Positions 20,220 through 33,429 of a DNA stretch of 64,000 nt are shown piece after piece. The first letter of the stretch is position 1. Each line of letters starts with the position of its first letter. The position numbers and the translations under genes are program-made. A model generated the notes under the pieces. The model worked only from the letters and a program-made list of their open reading frames with translations, made no database searches and was not told where the DNA came from. The DNA comes from the human T2T-CHM13v2.0 reference genome, Homo sapiens: assembly GCF_009914755.1 (NCBI RefSeq), contig NC_060929.1; one strand, written 5' to 3'.

Positions 20220-20758
20220 ATTGCATTTCTAAAGTAGTCCACACCTATATCTACCATCCCACATGTTCTTAAAATGTGGTCTTGAGATTTCTTCATCAAG
20301 AGTTGGAAACTATTCTCTCCTCTTAAATCTGGGTGGGCTTGTGGTGCGAATGAAAGTGATGTTGCATGACTTCTGAGGCTAGCCCATAAAGGGGATTAGA
20401 GGATCCACCTAGCTCATTCTCTTAGGATATGTACCTTGGGGGCACTGAGACTACAGGTAAGAAATATGAGTGTCCTGAAGCTTCCATGACAGAGTGATCA
20501 TGTGGTGAGACTACATAATACTACACAGCAATAGAGAAGCCCCAAGTGTTACAGCCCCCAAAATCGTGACTCTTCTTAGCTTAGGCACCAGATATGAGAG
20601 TGAACAAGCTTTCAGTTCCTTCCACCTTCTAAAGTTTGAACTTTCCCAGCTGACTCCCAGAGCAGTCTCCAAGTCCAGCCCATAATAATGGTTTGGGGGT
20701 GAATAAATGTTGTTTTAAGCCACTAAGTTTTATGTTGGTTTGTTAAGTAACTGCAACA
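20220..20758 (+). mobile_element. MLT1 (H/I-like) MaLR LTR
   Basis: AAATCTGGGTGGGCTTGTG, TGACTTCTGAGGCTAG, 3' end TTGTTTTAAGCCACTAAGTTTT...GTTTGTTA. Confidence 0.7.
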
Positions 20759-22552
20759 CTATTGCACTTGTTTTTTGTTTGGGAAAACAGCTATAGAAAA
20801 GCTCAAGGATCTTTTGCGTGTGGGAGTGATAATCAGGATGATTGGATAGCCATTGTGACATCTCCTACTTACCATCAAGACCATGGAATAAAATATATTA
20901 CAAGGTCAAAACATTGTATCTTAAGTGCTTTTCAAAGGCTATTGAAATCGGTGATTCAAACTGGCCCTATGAGGCAAAAATTAAACAGAACAGAAAGTAA
21001 TCCTGTCAGGCACTGTGGGAGTAAAGAAATTACTTGACCTGTTCCTGGATGCAATGGCATGGTTTTAAAGATGTGTATTATTTTTAAAATCAATAAATCA
21101 TTTAAAATAAGGCAAAGGTGGAGATGATTACACGAATTTCAGTATACTTGTAGCATATTGTGATCCCATGCCTTTTCTTTCTGTGGGATAATATTACCTA
21201 AAATAAATTCATTTGCTGTCACAAGGGATCATTTACAAAGCAACTCAAAACACTTTCAGGCAAAACATTAAAGTATAAAAAGCCATGTTATCTGACATTT
21301 CATTAATTAGAAATTTCTGAAAACCAAAACTTCTTATATTCCCCCAATTCAATTTTTCAAGCTAGGAATTTTTGCCAATTTTTAGGGTTTATGTGAATAA
21401 TCAGATGAGTTTCTTAGAGTTAGAAGGAGACCTAATAAGAAATTGTTATGTATTATTCCTCTCACAGTTAGAGGGAAAATAAATTAATTTTGACCTCACA
21501 GGCCTTTTGCTACAAATTTTCACTTTTGCATACACTTAGCATAATTCAGAATGGAAATAACATGGGTTAATATTTAATAGACTATCAATTAAAATCCTGA
21601 CATAGACAGAAGAATTATGAATTTTTTAGCTTGGACATAAACGATGGACCATGAGAACTCTCACTCTCTAAAAGACTGTTAAGTGAAAAAGGCAGTATAT
21701 ATGACCTGGTATGACTGAGTATACCACGAGGACAAAGAAAGGGATGCTGTAAGAAAGCTTATTTCAGATTAATAATAACTTCTCTAATGATTACATCTAT
21801 TCAACCCAGAAATGTCCTCCCCATTGCTAGCTGTATTAAAGAAAAAGCTAATTAATGGCATGTCAAGACCAAGCAGAAATTAAACAAAAGCTGTGTCCCC
21901 CATTAGAATGTAAGGACCATCAGGTCAGGGATCATGAGCAACCATTCTGTCTTGTCAAAAATCTTAACTCCACTCCCTGGCACAATGTCAGGCCCATATT
22001 AGAGCCCTCGGTATACACTTTTGTATCAAAAAATAATCATATAATGCAGAGTTGTACTAAGTGACCCATTCTAAAGGGCAAATACTCTAATTCTATCTTT
22101 CCCTTCATGAATTCCTGAGGACAAGACTATTTGAGCAAATAATCCAACTCACTCAACCACATGCAAACAGCTGATGTGATACACAAGCTGACACAGCAGA
22201 AGTTATTCTTTGGATTCCAACTTGAGACATTTTTTTTTTTTTGCGTACATTTTGAAGCACCAATCTAGCTGTCCAAAATGCTTTTGTTCCAATAGAATAA
22301 TGGTCAATTTTTAGTTCAACAGCTGTGTGCAATGCATATTTAAAAAGAATATTTTTTAAAATTTCTCCCCATTTCCATTTTTCTGTGCTACTCAGTTTTT
22401 CAGTGTTGATGCTATTAAAACCATAGTTGAAAGGAGTGAAAATGAAAAAGAAAGCAGCAAAGTGAATACTCACTAATCTTTCAGTGGATATTGATTGGAT
22501 GTGAGAGCTTTTCTCTTAAGTGTTACTAAAAGAGTTGTCTCAATTCTAGATT

Positions 22553-22766
22553 GTGGATCAGTAAACCTTTAATGTAAAGACCCAGATAGTAAATATTTAG
22601 GAATTGTAGACCATATGGTTTATGCTGAAACTCCTCATTTTAGCACAGAAGCAGCCATTGACAATAATTTTAAAATTGAGCATGGCTTTATTTCAATAAT
22701 ATTTTATTTACAACAACAAGTGGCAGACCAGATTTGGCTTCCGGGCTGTAGTTTGATGACCCCTGT
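22553..22766. mobile_element. MER58A (hAT-Charlie)
   Basis: TGTAAAGACCCAGATAGTAAATATTT...GCAGCCATTGACAAT...TAGTTTGATGACCCCTG. Confidence 0.8.
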
Positions 22767-23225
22767 CATTGACAATGTGTTTTGCTTGTATGGTATTATA
22801 TCTTTACATAGGGATATGACATGTATTGTCTCTTTTGAGCCTCAATTGGCAGTTTGACATAACAGGTGTTATGAACCCAATTTCAGAAATGAAAGTGCTA
22901 AGTTTCAGAAAGGTGAAGTTTCTTAAACAGGCTCACAAGATGAAGTTGTTTGTAGAATTAGCACTAGAACTCTTGTCCCTGATCATCCTTTCCACCAGTT
23001 AGTAAGCCACAATACCTTATTTTTTTCATATCTACTTATGGACATGTATTTGGTCACATATATAATGTGATTTAAAGGACTTAAATATACTTCTCATGCT
23101 GGTATGACCTGGTGCTTAGATTTTCACCAATAGAGGTTTATTTTTCTGAGTAAGGATACAGTCTACTTTGACAGAGAAAATGTCCTTGAGATAGTTTATT
23201 ATTCAGGTATTGTTAGTGGAAGGAG

Positions 23226-23582
23226 TGTATTAGTCCATTTTCATGCTGCTGATAAAGACATACCCAAAACTGGGCAATTTACAAAAGAAAGAGGACTTAC
23301 AGTTCCACATGGCTGGGGAGGGCTCACAATCATGGAGGAAGGCAAGGAGGATTAAGTCACATCTTACGTGGATGGTAGCAGGCAAAGAGAGAGCTTGTAC
23401 AGAGAAACTCCCATTTTTAAAACCATCAAATCTCATGAGACCCATTCACTATCACAAGAATAGCACAGGAAAGACACATCCCCATGATTCAATCATCTCC
23501 CACTGGGTCCCTCCCACAACACATGGGAATTATGGGAGATACAAGATGAGATTTGGGTGGGGACACAGAGCCAAGCACATCA
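23226..23582 (-). mobile_element. THE1 MaLR solo LTR, nested in an older MLT1 (~23200-24010)
   Basis: TGTATTAGTCCATTTTCATGCTGCTGATAAAGACATACCC...GATGAGATTTGGGTGGGGACACAGAGCCAA; ~360 bp. Confidence 0.92.
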
Positions 23583-24479
23583 AAGCGATAGAAACTTAAA
23601 CTGGATTAAGCAAAAATAAAAAAGATGAGGTTGGTTGACATAACTGTATAGTTTATTTATTGGTTGACGTAACTGTGAAGTTAGAGATACACTGGTATCA
23701 AACATGGCTGGATCCAGGGGCTCAAAAATATACCATCAGAGTGTAGTCTTTCTTTCCACATCTTTCTGTTCTGCTTTCCGACAGGTTGGTGCCATGTTTA
23801 GGAAGACTCTCTCTATGTAGTGTTCCCCAGTATTTTTGACTTTAGATAAGTACAGCTCTAGGATAATAGAAAAGGTAGTTTCCCTTCCTCAGCAGTACCA
23901 ACCAGAGTCTGAGGTTCATCTCCCATTAGCCCAAATTAGGTCACATGCCAGCTAATGTGAGAAATCAATCAACCTAATCAATCCAAGAGAAAGCCGTGTG
24001 CTGATTGACTTTTTCATGACTCACTGGTTCCTGCAGAAATGGATTAAGCCCCATGTCAACCATGTGGAATAAGGTGTGAGTGGTTTGGCTCCCCAAATAA
24101 ATATTTGATTTTCTCTTGCCAGAAGAAGCAGGAATGTATTCTGGTAGCAAAATAGATAGATGTTTACTATGGAGGGGCAAAACATAAAGTCTATATTAAT
24201 GACTATTGACTTAGTATAAAATCTCACAGATATTAGTCACTTAGTTATTTTGCAGACTTTGATACAGGTTAATTTTGAGGGGATACTTGGCAAAACCATC
24301 TAGCACTTATGCACAGAAAATAATGAGAATGTTTAGATTGACATATATTGGTGGTGTACCTAAAACTTTATGCAACTTTGGTTTCCAAGTTGAGCTTCCT
24401 ATGGAATGAACTATGAATTGGCTATCCAATATTATCTGCAACAAACTTCTCTCTCACCTTTCTGCACTACAGAATATGG

Positions 24480-24850
24480 AATGCTAAAATTCTTGATTAC
24501 TTGCTCTTACTTACACACACTGTTAGCCCTGTTACACATGAATAGACAATGAGATTAGGAAAAAGTCCTTTGACAGGGCTTTTTTTTTTTCTGGATACAA
24601 AGATAAATCTCACTGGAAATAGACATTTACTTCCTTTTTTCTGCGTACAGGGTGGAAATGAGGCTTGGTTGTACAGCCATTTTGTAACCAAGAGACAACA
24701 TACGTGAAGACAAAAAGTTATAAAACTGCTATAGTAGCCCTGGATTGCCTACCTTCTAACTTCTTGTAGAATGAGATAATTAAACTTCTATTTTTTCAAG
24801 CCATTGAAATAGCGCTTTCTGTTTCCTGCAACTGAATATACTCCTATGTG
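24480..24850 (+). mobile_element. Old MLT1 LTR fragment
   Basis: CAGCCATTTTGTAACCA, CCCTGGATTGCCTACCTTCTAACTTCTTGT...TCAAGCCATTG. Confidence 0.5.
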
Positions 24851-26584
24851 ATAGAATTTCCAAATAAATCTAAGGTCATTTAGGGATGCTAGGAAACTGG
24901 GGCCTTCGACACCCAAGGTATATCCCTACATGCTAGGTGCTAACAAATCACTCATAATCTTGGAAATATTGGCTTACAGTTTTTGAAAGAGATGACTAAC
25001 AAATTCTGTCTTCATCTTCAATTTTAGGAGAGCCCTCTGGGAACTCTCACAGCCATATGAACCAAGACCTAGAAGGAGATAAACCAATTCTCGGTTTATA
25101 TTTACATTGGGACATAGTATTTACTCAGCCATTTTCCTTGGCAAGTGATGCTGTAAAATTGCAAAATCCTTTCTAAAAGCGATCTATTGGCTTTTCTGTT
25201 TTGGTCCAGGATTTTACCTAAATGATACTTGGGAAGTGTTGAGAGGCATAAAAGATAAACATTTTAATCTTCATGAAGTTTCTTAGCCCCCCCCAAAAAA
25301 TGGATATAAAAGTTTCAAGACAACATAGGCAAGGATTTGCATACAGAAAAATTTCCATATTTTTGATAGGTATAGAGGACAAGGGAAAAATATCTTTCTA
25401 AATTGAAAGCAAACAAGACAAGGTATAACTATGTAAGAAGTTTTTACTGTAATCATAACATACCCTTCATCAGCAGGCAAGAAAAAGATCAAAATGTGCT
25501 GCTTCTTCCTGGGCAGACTATTTCACCTCTTTTTGGGCAGTCTGAATCCTTCCTCTTTTGGTCCAATCCAACACTTCTCCATATGCTATTATATATTAGA
25601 GATTTTGGTTAAAATGTGGTCCAAAATATAACTAATTATTTAAAAGAAAAGACTTACAAATTTGTTTGTTCATCTTAACTCATTATTTCACACTTCACAC
25701 ACTGCAATGCATTTTCTGTTATGGGGTTTTAGCTTGTGTTTTTTTGTTTCCTTTATTAAAAATTGTATTTTACATACATGACTCAGTTCCCTTTCTGTAT
25801 CTATAGGGAAACAGTTTGAACTCTCTGCAGGACCTCAGATACAGTGATTTTCCCTCAATTTACTCCTCTGTTAATAAAATAAATTTGAATTGTCATTAGG
25901 TGGATTTCAAATTTTCTTTTAGTCAAGAGAACTTTATTCAAAAAATATTTCCAGGAAGACTAATATTCAATAGAAAAAACACATAGGTTGTCTTACTGAA
26001 CGTGTGTCACCTGGAGAGCCTTTCCTACCTATATGATGGTCCACAGACTTTTAAGATTCCGTAGAACACAAAACACCACTGGCTTATGATTTGTAGGTTT
26101 CTTCCCAGGTCCAGCGTTTTTGATTATATGGTCCTATTACATTGCTCTGCCCTTCTCATTCTTCTTAATCTTGACAAGATTCATCGTCCTTACCAACGTA
26201 ATTATTCATCTCTCAGTTGTGTTTATCTCACTATTTGGAAAACATTTTCAGAGCAGAGACAATATCTCTTATTTTTTAATCTCCCACATTCATTCAACAA
26301 TCATTTTCTGACATCCCCTCCCTACTCTTACCCAAGCACTATAGTGGGGGTGAATAATAAGCTAGGAATATAAGCTAGATGACAAAATCTGGGACAGTGC
26401 CTGCAAGCCCCTCGTTTTGTGATGGTCTCATCTAATGCACTCATCAAATTATTTCAAAGATCTAAGGCATCCATCAAGTTACTTCACAAGATTTTATTTT
26501 CACCTACAAACCTCCATGTGTTTGTATTGTATTCAAATATTCATTTTTCTTCAGTGGACTTCTGGAAATTTGAGATGCATTCAC

Positions 26585-26859
26585 CACAGAAAAATAACAC
26601 AGGAACAGAAAACCAAACTCCGCATGATCTCACTCATAAGTGGGAGTTGAACAATAAGAACACATGGACAAAGGGAAGGGAACATCACCCACCGGTGCCT
26701 GTCATGGGGTGGGGCTAGGGGAGGGATAGCATTAGGAGAAATACCTAATGTAGATGCTGGGTTGATGGGTGCAGCAAACCACCATGGCTCGTGTATACTT
26801 ATGTAACAAATCTGCATGTTCGGCACATGTATCCCAGAACTTAAAGTATTAAAAAAAAA
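26585..26859 (+). mobile_element. L1PA7-like 3' end (~270 bp)
   Basis: GGAGAAATACCTAATGTAGATG...GCAGCAAACCACCATGGC...CCCAGAACTTAAAGTA followed by A-tail. Confidence 0.9.
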
Positions 26860-27264
26860 GGCTGAGTATACACAGGCAGTGTTCCGTGAATGAGTTTCAG
26901 ATGCAAGACTCTACTTGATCCTCATGGTAGTGCTGAAGAGACAGGTCCAGTAGCTATCACTATTGCATTGACCTGATAGGGAGAGGGAGTTCTAGAGAGA
27001 TGTATAGTGTGTGGCTCCTACATGATGGTGGAATCAAGCCTCGAAGCTGGTTTCCTGGTACTGAGACACCTAGATGAGCTCTTTCTATTAAACTACACTG
27101 ACATCTAGGGGGAAAATAAAAGTGTATATCACCTCGTATTCCTCCAGTCTCAATGTATAGAAGGTCAGATTGTCAAAACCCAAATGAGAGAATATATAAA
27201 GATACATGAGTTTATTAATTTTCACACAAATTTTAGAGAATTAGTACATTGGCATCAGCAGGCT

Positions 27265-27500
27265 GTATTTATGGTAGTTAAGGATACAGGCTCAAAAGCC
27301 AGACTGCCTGGGCTCCAGTCAGCTCTGCCATTGACCAGCTGCATGACCTTGGCAGGTGGATTATCTGTCTGCCTTAGTTTCTTCATTATAATTTGAGGAT
27401 GATAATAGTACATAGTTCAGGGTGGTTGTGAGAATCATGACTTGATACATCTAAGGTGTTCAGAAGAGTGTTTAGCCCATAGCACATGCTAAACAAATGT
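27265..27500 (+). mobile_element. MIR
   Basis: AGCCAGACTGCCTGGG...CTCTGCCATTGACCAGCTG..TGACCTTGGCAGG core. Confidence 0.7.
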
Positions 27501-27523
27501 TTGTTTGTTTGTTTTTTATCTCT

Positions 27524-28066
27524 TGTGATGGCTAACATTAAGTGTCAACTTGATTGGATTGAAGGATGCAAAGTGTTGTTCCTGGGTGTATCTCTGAGGG
27601 TGTTGCCAAAGAGATTAACATTTGAATCAGTAAACTAAGAGAGGCAGACCCAACCTCACTGTGGGTGGGCACCATCTAATCAACTGTCAGAGTGGCTAGA
27701 ATAAAGCATGAAGAAGGTGGGAGAAGCCGACTTGCTGAGTCTTCCAGTCACCATCTTTCTGCTGTGCTGGATGCTTCATGCCCTTGAACATCAGACTCCA
27801 AGTTCTTCAGCTTTTGGACTCTTGGACTTACACCAGTGGTTTGCCAGGGGCTCTCAGGCCTTCAACCACAGACTGAAGGCTGCACTGTCAGCTTCCCTAC
27901 TTTTGAGGTTTTGGGACTCAGACTGGTTTCCTTGCTCCTCAGCTTGCAGATGGCCTATTGTAGGACTTCACCTTGTGTCATGTGAGTCAATTCTCCTAAT
28001 AAACTCCCCTTCATATATACATGTCTCCTATTAGTTCTGTCCCTCTAGAGAACACTGACTAATACA
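27524..28066 (+). mobile_element. MLT2A (MLT2A2-like, HERV-L) solo LTR
   Basis: TGTGATGG...GTGTCAACTTGATTGGATTGAAGGATGC...CCTAATAAACTCCCC...CTGACTAATACA; 543 bp; TSD TCTCT/TCCCT. Confidence 0.92.
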
Positions 28067-28477
28067 TCCCTCTACTCAAAAACTACAGTGCAAAACAAGA
28101 AAGCTGTACTGTCCACCTCCACTATTCACCTGTGCCCACAGGTAATTCAGTCAACTCTTTTATGCATGTCCTTCTAATACTCTTTCCTTACATTCTCATA
28201 GGTGTATATGTAAGTCTATGTGTATTTATTTACAAAAACATATCCTACATATTGAGTCTTGTGCTTTCGTTCCTATTTAGCAGTATGTTTAGAGATAGTT
28301 TAACATATAGTGTTTTGATTTTTTTCTCTTAAATGGTTGCCTTGTATTTCACAATATGAATGAAACATAATTCATTTAATCAAGTGCCTATTGATGAAAC
28401 TTTAGATGATTTCTTTCTCGATTATATACAGTGTGATGAAGAACTTACTCTTAGCATTCACCATTTAAGATACAGTC

Positions 28478-28881
28478 TTTTATGGGTTGAATTCTGTCTC
28501 CTTTAAATTTGTATGTTGAAGCCCTAATCCTTATTAACTCAGAAAGTGACTATATTTGAAGATTTTAAATAGGTCATTAAGTTGAAATGAGGTTATTAGA
28601 ATGGGCTCTAATACAACATTAATGGTGTCTTTATAAGAAGAGGAAATTAGACTGTACAGACGCCCATAAGGAAGACCATATGAAGACAGGGAGAAGGTAG
28701 CCAAATACAAGCCAAGGAAAGAGTCCTCAGAGGAAACCAACCTTATAGACACTTGGATCTTGAACTTCTAGCCTCTAATGAAATAAAACATATTTGTTTT
28801 ACCACGAAAAGATAAATTTCTGCTGTTTAAGCCACCCAGTTTGTGGTACTTTGTTATGGTAGCCCTAGTAAATTTAATATA
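28478..28881 (+). mobile_element. MLT1B-like MaLR LTR inside an antisense L1ME fragment
   Basis: TATGGGTTGAATT...TATGTTGAAGCCCTAA...TTTAAGCCACCCAGTTTGTGGTACTTTGTTATGG. Confidence 0.85.
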
Positions 28882-29146
28882 GACTTCAATAAATGAAATT
28901 TTGGGGGCAAAAGTCCACCAATTTGCTTTTCAGGTGTTTTCACCAATTTTCACTCCCACCAGCAATGTAAATGGCTGTTCATTTCACTATGTGTATATTC
29001 ACCATCACTTTAACATATCACAAATGTTACTGCTGGTAATACTTTCAAACACTCAGACTTCGTTCTAGCACTCAGGATATAGTTTATTGTAAAATAATAC
29101 TAAAGGGTCAATAAAAAGGTATTAGTATTTTTATTATAACTATCTT

Positions 29147-29441
29147 TTTGTTTTTTGTTTTTGAGACAGGGTCTCACTCTGTAGCCGAGGCTGGAGTGCA
29201 GTGGTGCGATCTCGTCTCACTGCAATCTCCACCTCCTGGATTAAAGCAATTCTGCCTCACCCTCCTGAGTAGCTGGGATTACAGGTGCTGGCCATTACCC
29301 CAGGCTAATTTGTGTATTTTTAGTACAGACAGGGTTTCACCATATTGGAGAGGCTGGTCTCGAACTCTTAACCTTAGGTGATCCTCCAGCCTTGGCCTCC
29401 CAAAGTGCTGGCATTACAGGTATGAGCCACCATGCCCAGCC
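29147..29441 (-). mobile_element. AluS
   Basis: Antisense Alu; 21-bp TSD TATTTTTA(T/C)TATAACTATCTT at 29126-29146 and 29442-29462. Confidence 0.95.
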
Positions 29442-32400
29442 TATTTTTACTATAACTATCTTATTATTCATTATTGTTATTATTTTAGTAGAGAATCTGT
29501 ATTTAACAACACCTCCATTCTTCATCTTCTAAACAAACACTTATCAAGATTGTAAGTGCAAGGTGCTAGGAGGGATGTTGAATCAGATGTGCTCCTAATC
29601 CTTCATTTTATTCCCTTTCACCTGAATTCCCATAATAATCTTTTAATTAATTTCATCACCTCTGATCTCCCTCCATACCAATTCATCTGGCACATCACCA
29701 TCAGATATTTTAATACTTTTGGTAGTATAACAATAAATTTCATATAGCCTAAAATCAAATGATCACACATTCAAATTAGTTGGTGCTAAGATAGTCACTT
29801 TGTCCTGAAACTGGGGACTAAATTTATTCTTTCATCAGTAACCCACAGGCTGTCCTATCTTTCATCACTTGTTTCTCAAGTCAAATTTTCTAACCAGTAT
29901 GCCTAGGTCTTGATCCCTTAGCCCTAGGGTAGAAACTATCGCCTTGGGCCAATTAACTTTTTCCAATTACCTCACTATGTATATAAATATGTTCATATTT
30001 TATGTGTTACAACATGGAAGAGATTGGAGAGCACTGGCTTGAGTCATTCCCACTTGATATTTTATAAACGAGCTAAAAGTAAAATCTTACATTTGTTTTA
30101 TATTCCTAGTATATTTTTCAGAAATTCAGTAGATAGTAAGAAGAAATGGTTTGAAAAGATCTGCTGATGATATGTGTGTGCTTCTTTTTAATTACCAGAA
30201 TGAAAAGATTAAAAAAAATGTGCCCGTTTCTTGTAATGGTCTCAGATCTTTTTGTCAGACAGGCAACTCTAGGTGTTCTTATTCCTTATGATAGAACTCA
30301 TGTTGCTTCAGGTCTTGCCATTCCATGTGTACAAATGAGGTGACACTACATTGATAAACTGATTTTCAGGCTCTTTCAAACCCATATGCCTGTGGGAACC
30401 TCCATAGTATTCATCTCTCCTCTTGAACTGACAGTGTAGATGCCATGTTCTCTTCTCCTTTCCTCTCTCTTGACCCATCACCTCCTTGTTCAGGTTTAGA
30501 CGTATTCTGGTGATTCCTCATCTAAGGATGTCCACATGAAGGGTACCATCCCCTGCTGTTCCTCAAACCACCTGCCATAGAGGAGCTCATGCAGGTTGAA
30601 TGGAAACAATCTCCCTTTAACCTAGAGATTGTTCCAGGTCCCCTCAGCAACACCATTTGAACTCAGAGTCTCACAAATTTCAACTTTAAAACAATTCTTG
30701 ATTTCCTCAATTCACCATCTTTGCTGAGAAGTTTACACCTGGTCTAAGAGGCCAGTATGCAGCAGCTCATACTGTATTATTTCCATATTTCTTGCTCCTT
30801 GGATCTATAGATAGATTTATACACAATACTTGTTTCACACAGAAAAGCAGAGTCTCCATATATAAGAACATCTTCAATACATATCCAAAGGTATTGGAGG
30901 CTAACTCATTCCCTAGCTAAACTCTTGCCTCCAGAAAAACACCCTGCTATATTTGCATTATTAGTTCTTGATTGGAGTTAAACACCTCTTTTGAAAGAAA
31001 ATGTGTTTGAGAATCAAGGGCTCCACGGTCTCATCTCAAATTTTTCCCTGTCCACTATTGTATCTCTGGGCAAGTTGTATCATGTTTTTAGCATCAGTTT
31101 TTTCATCCATAAAGTTAGAAGGAATGATGAGATGACCACTAAGATTTCTTTCAAAGTTCATATTCTGGGATTCTTGCATGGACACCCCTTTAATCAGACA
31201 AGTATTAAATAAATATGTATGTGTGTGACAGAGAGAAAAATAGTGGCTGGGTACAAAAAAAAGTAGTAGTTAAAAGTGTTTATTTTGTCCTAGGCCAGCA
31301 ATTTGCTAGAGATTTGACCTAGAGCCTATGATTTAACCTCTTTATCCTCTATTTTATATTCTCTAATATTGAGATGATAGAAGCTATTTAAAAGCGTTAG
31401 TGTCAGCATTAAACAAGATCATACATGGAAAGCAATCTGACCTCATCAGTGTTCAATAAATTAACTATTATTTCTATTATTACTTAACTGACACATATAA
31501 ACTAGGAACAGATAGGTAGGATCTTCTAAACGGTGGCTTTGATAGTAAGTGCTGCAGAAGGTCAGAAGATGTAAAGATTGTGTTTGTCTTAATTTGAGTC
31601 ATAGAATAGCTGTTTATGTTTGTGGGATAATCTGCCTAAAAATGTGTTGCAAATATTTATATCATCCTGGTGTATTCTGAAAGGAGCATCTAAAACTAAA
31701 GCTTAAAAGCAAGTTGTTCACTAAGAGACAAGACCATGAACAGGGAAAGGATAAACCAGTAAGAGAAAGTTATTGAGCAGGCCACCAGTGAAAGAGACTG
31801 GTTATGGGATCAGACCTTATGAACTGCTCCCAGAACCATTTGCCTGATAAATAAAAGGGAAAGCATTTATATCTACACATTGTTCCTGTACTCCCATCAA
31901 TCAGAGGTGACGTCTTATGGTTATCAGCACTGTACTTCTGGGTTGCACATGTGTGTGTGGCAAGTAGGGGCCTAGGGATTCAGCGGCATCAGAGAAGCCC
32001 CAGCACAAGATGTGAGAGACACAGCACAAACTTAAGGAGCGGTGCTGTCAGCTGAAAGTGAATCAAAGCTGCATAGAACTGTTTGTGGTAGGACTGGTAT
32101 CAGAGGTAAGTCAGAGAGGATGTAAGGTGTCCACCAGAGGTGTCCAATTCAACAAACAGAGTTCCTTCAGATGAGAGCAAGCCAGATTGATGAAGGCACT
32201 CTCAAAACCACATCATATGAGCAATGGAGAAGGGAATATCATAAGAACAATGACGGCCACTACATATTAAGCACTCACGATGTGCCATTCAGCTGTTTAA
32301 GTGCTTTGTTTGCATCGTCTCATCAAATCCTCCCAATAGCAAAGAGCCTGGGCTTTCAGGACCTAGAGTTATTAAGGAGATGCTCAAAGTAGATTATATC

Positions 32401-33429
32401 TATAAAGTGGGGTCAAACTTGGGATTATTTACATATTTGACTCTCTGAAGCTGTTAACCTCTCTGCTATACTGGAGCTTTTTAAAATGAAGAAGACCCAA
32501 AGGAGAATGATCACTCTCTTCCAATGTTTAAAGCACTGTCATTCACTATGAGTACATTTTAATTCATAATTTACAGGCTGCCTTTTATTAACCCAACTTT
32601 CCAACCATCCACAGTTTGAAGACGTATATTGACAGCTCTAAGCTAGCTTTGGAGTGCCAAATCTAGACTTCATATTTCAGACAGTGGTTGCTGTACAATG
32701 AATAACATTTCAAGCTAATGCGGTCTTTGGTGAAGCTTTTTACAAACATACTGTGTGCACACACATATACACATTTGTAAAGAAATCTGCCATTGGCCAT
32801 TTGGAAAGCCACCTTGCCCTTTATTCTAGTTGATTGGGAATCAAGACTATTAAATTCATTCATTAGAGATGTAGAGGAGATGTTGAAATTATATCAACTT
32901 TAAAATTGCAGGAAAATTGAAATTTTATTAATTTTAGCTCTGAAGAATGAAATTATGCATATACCATTTGTGTGCATTATTTGATATTTAGGTACACATA
33001 TTTTAAATAGTTATCAAAGTAGAAGTCTACTTAAAAGTATCAGATACACAAAATACTTTAAAGTGGATTATGATAAAAGGTACTAATAAAAGATGTTTAT
33101 AAAATGGAAAATAAATTGGTAAAGACCCTATATATAAAGATATATTTCAAAAATCTTAATTAATATAGTTGTTGAGCTTCCTAGCAGCCAATGCAGAAAG
33201 GAGCACATAACATTCTTACAGAATAGAAAAAAGAAAAGTTAGTAATCCCTTCCTTTTAGCCTCTTCACTTCCTAAACTCTTTACTCCCTGTTGGCTCAAC
33301 CAGTCCCTAGACTAGAAGTTACTTAATATTATTGCATAAGATTGAAAGGGATGCCTAAGTTTAAAGTGATGAGCATAAAAGGCCTACATAGCCAACTACA
33401 TTCTCTCATAATCCAATTCTAATGCTTAA

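Noticed and set aside
25028-25140. Possible exon after TTCAATTTTAG
   Set aside because: Only a weak GT or a GC donor follows; no independent support
32128-32148. CTCF-like CCACCAGAGGTGTC (also GCCACTAGGTGGG on - near 34234-34247)
   Set aside because: Both miss the highly informative GGC positions of the core motif
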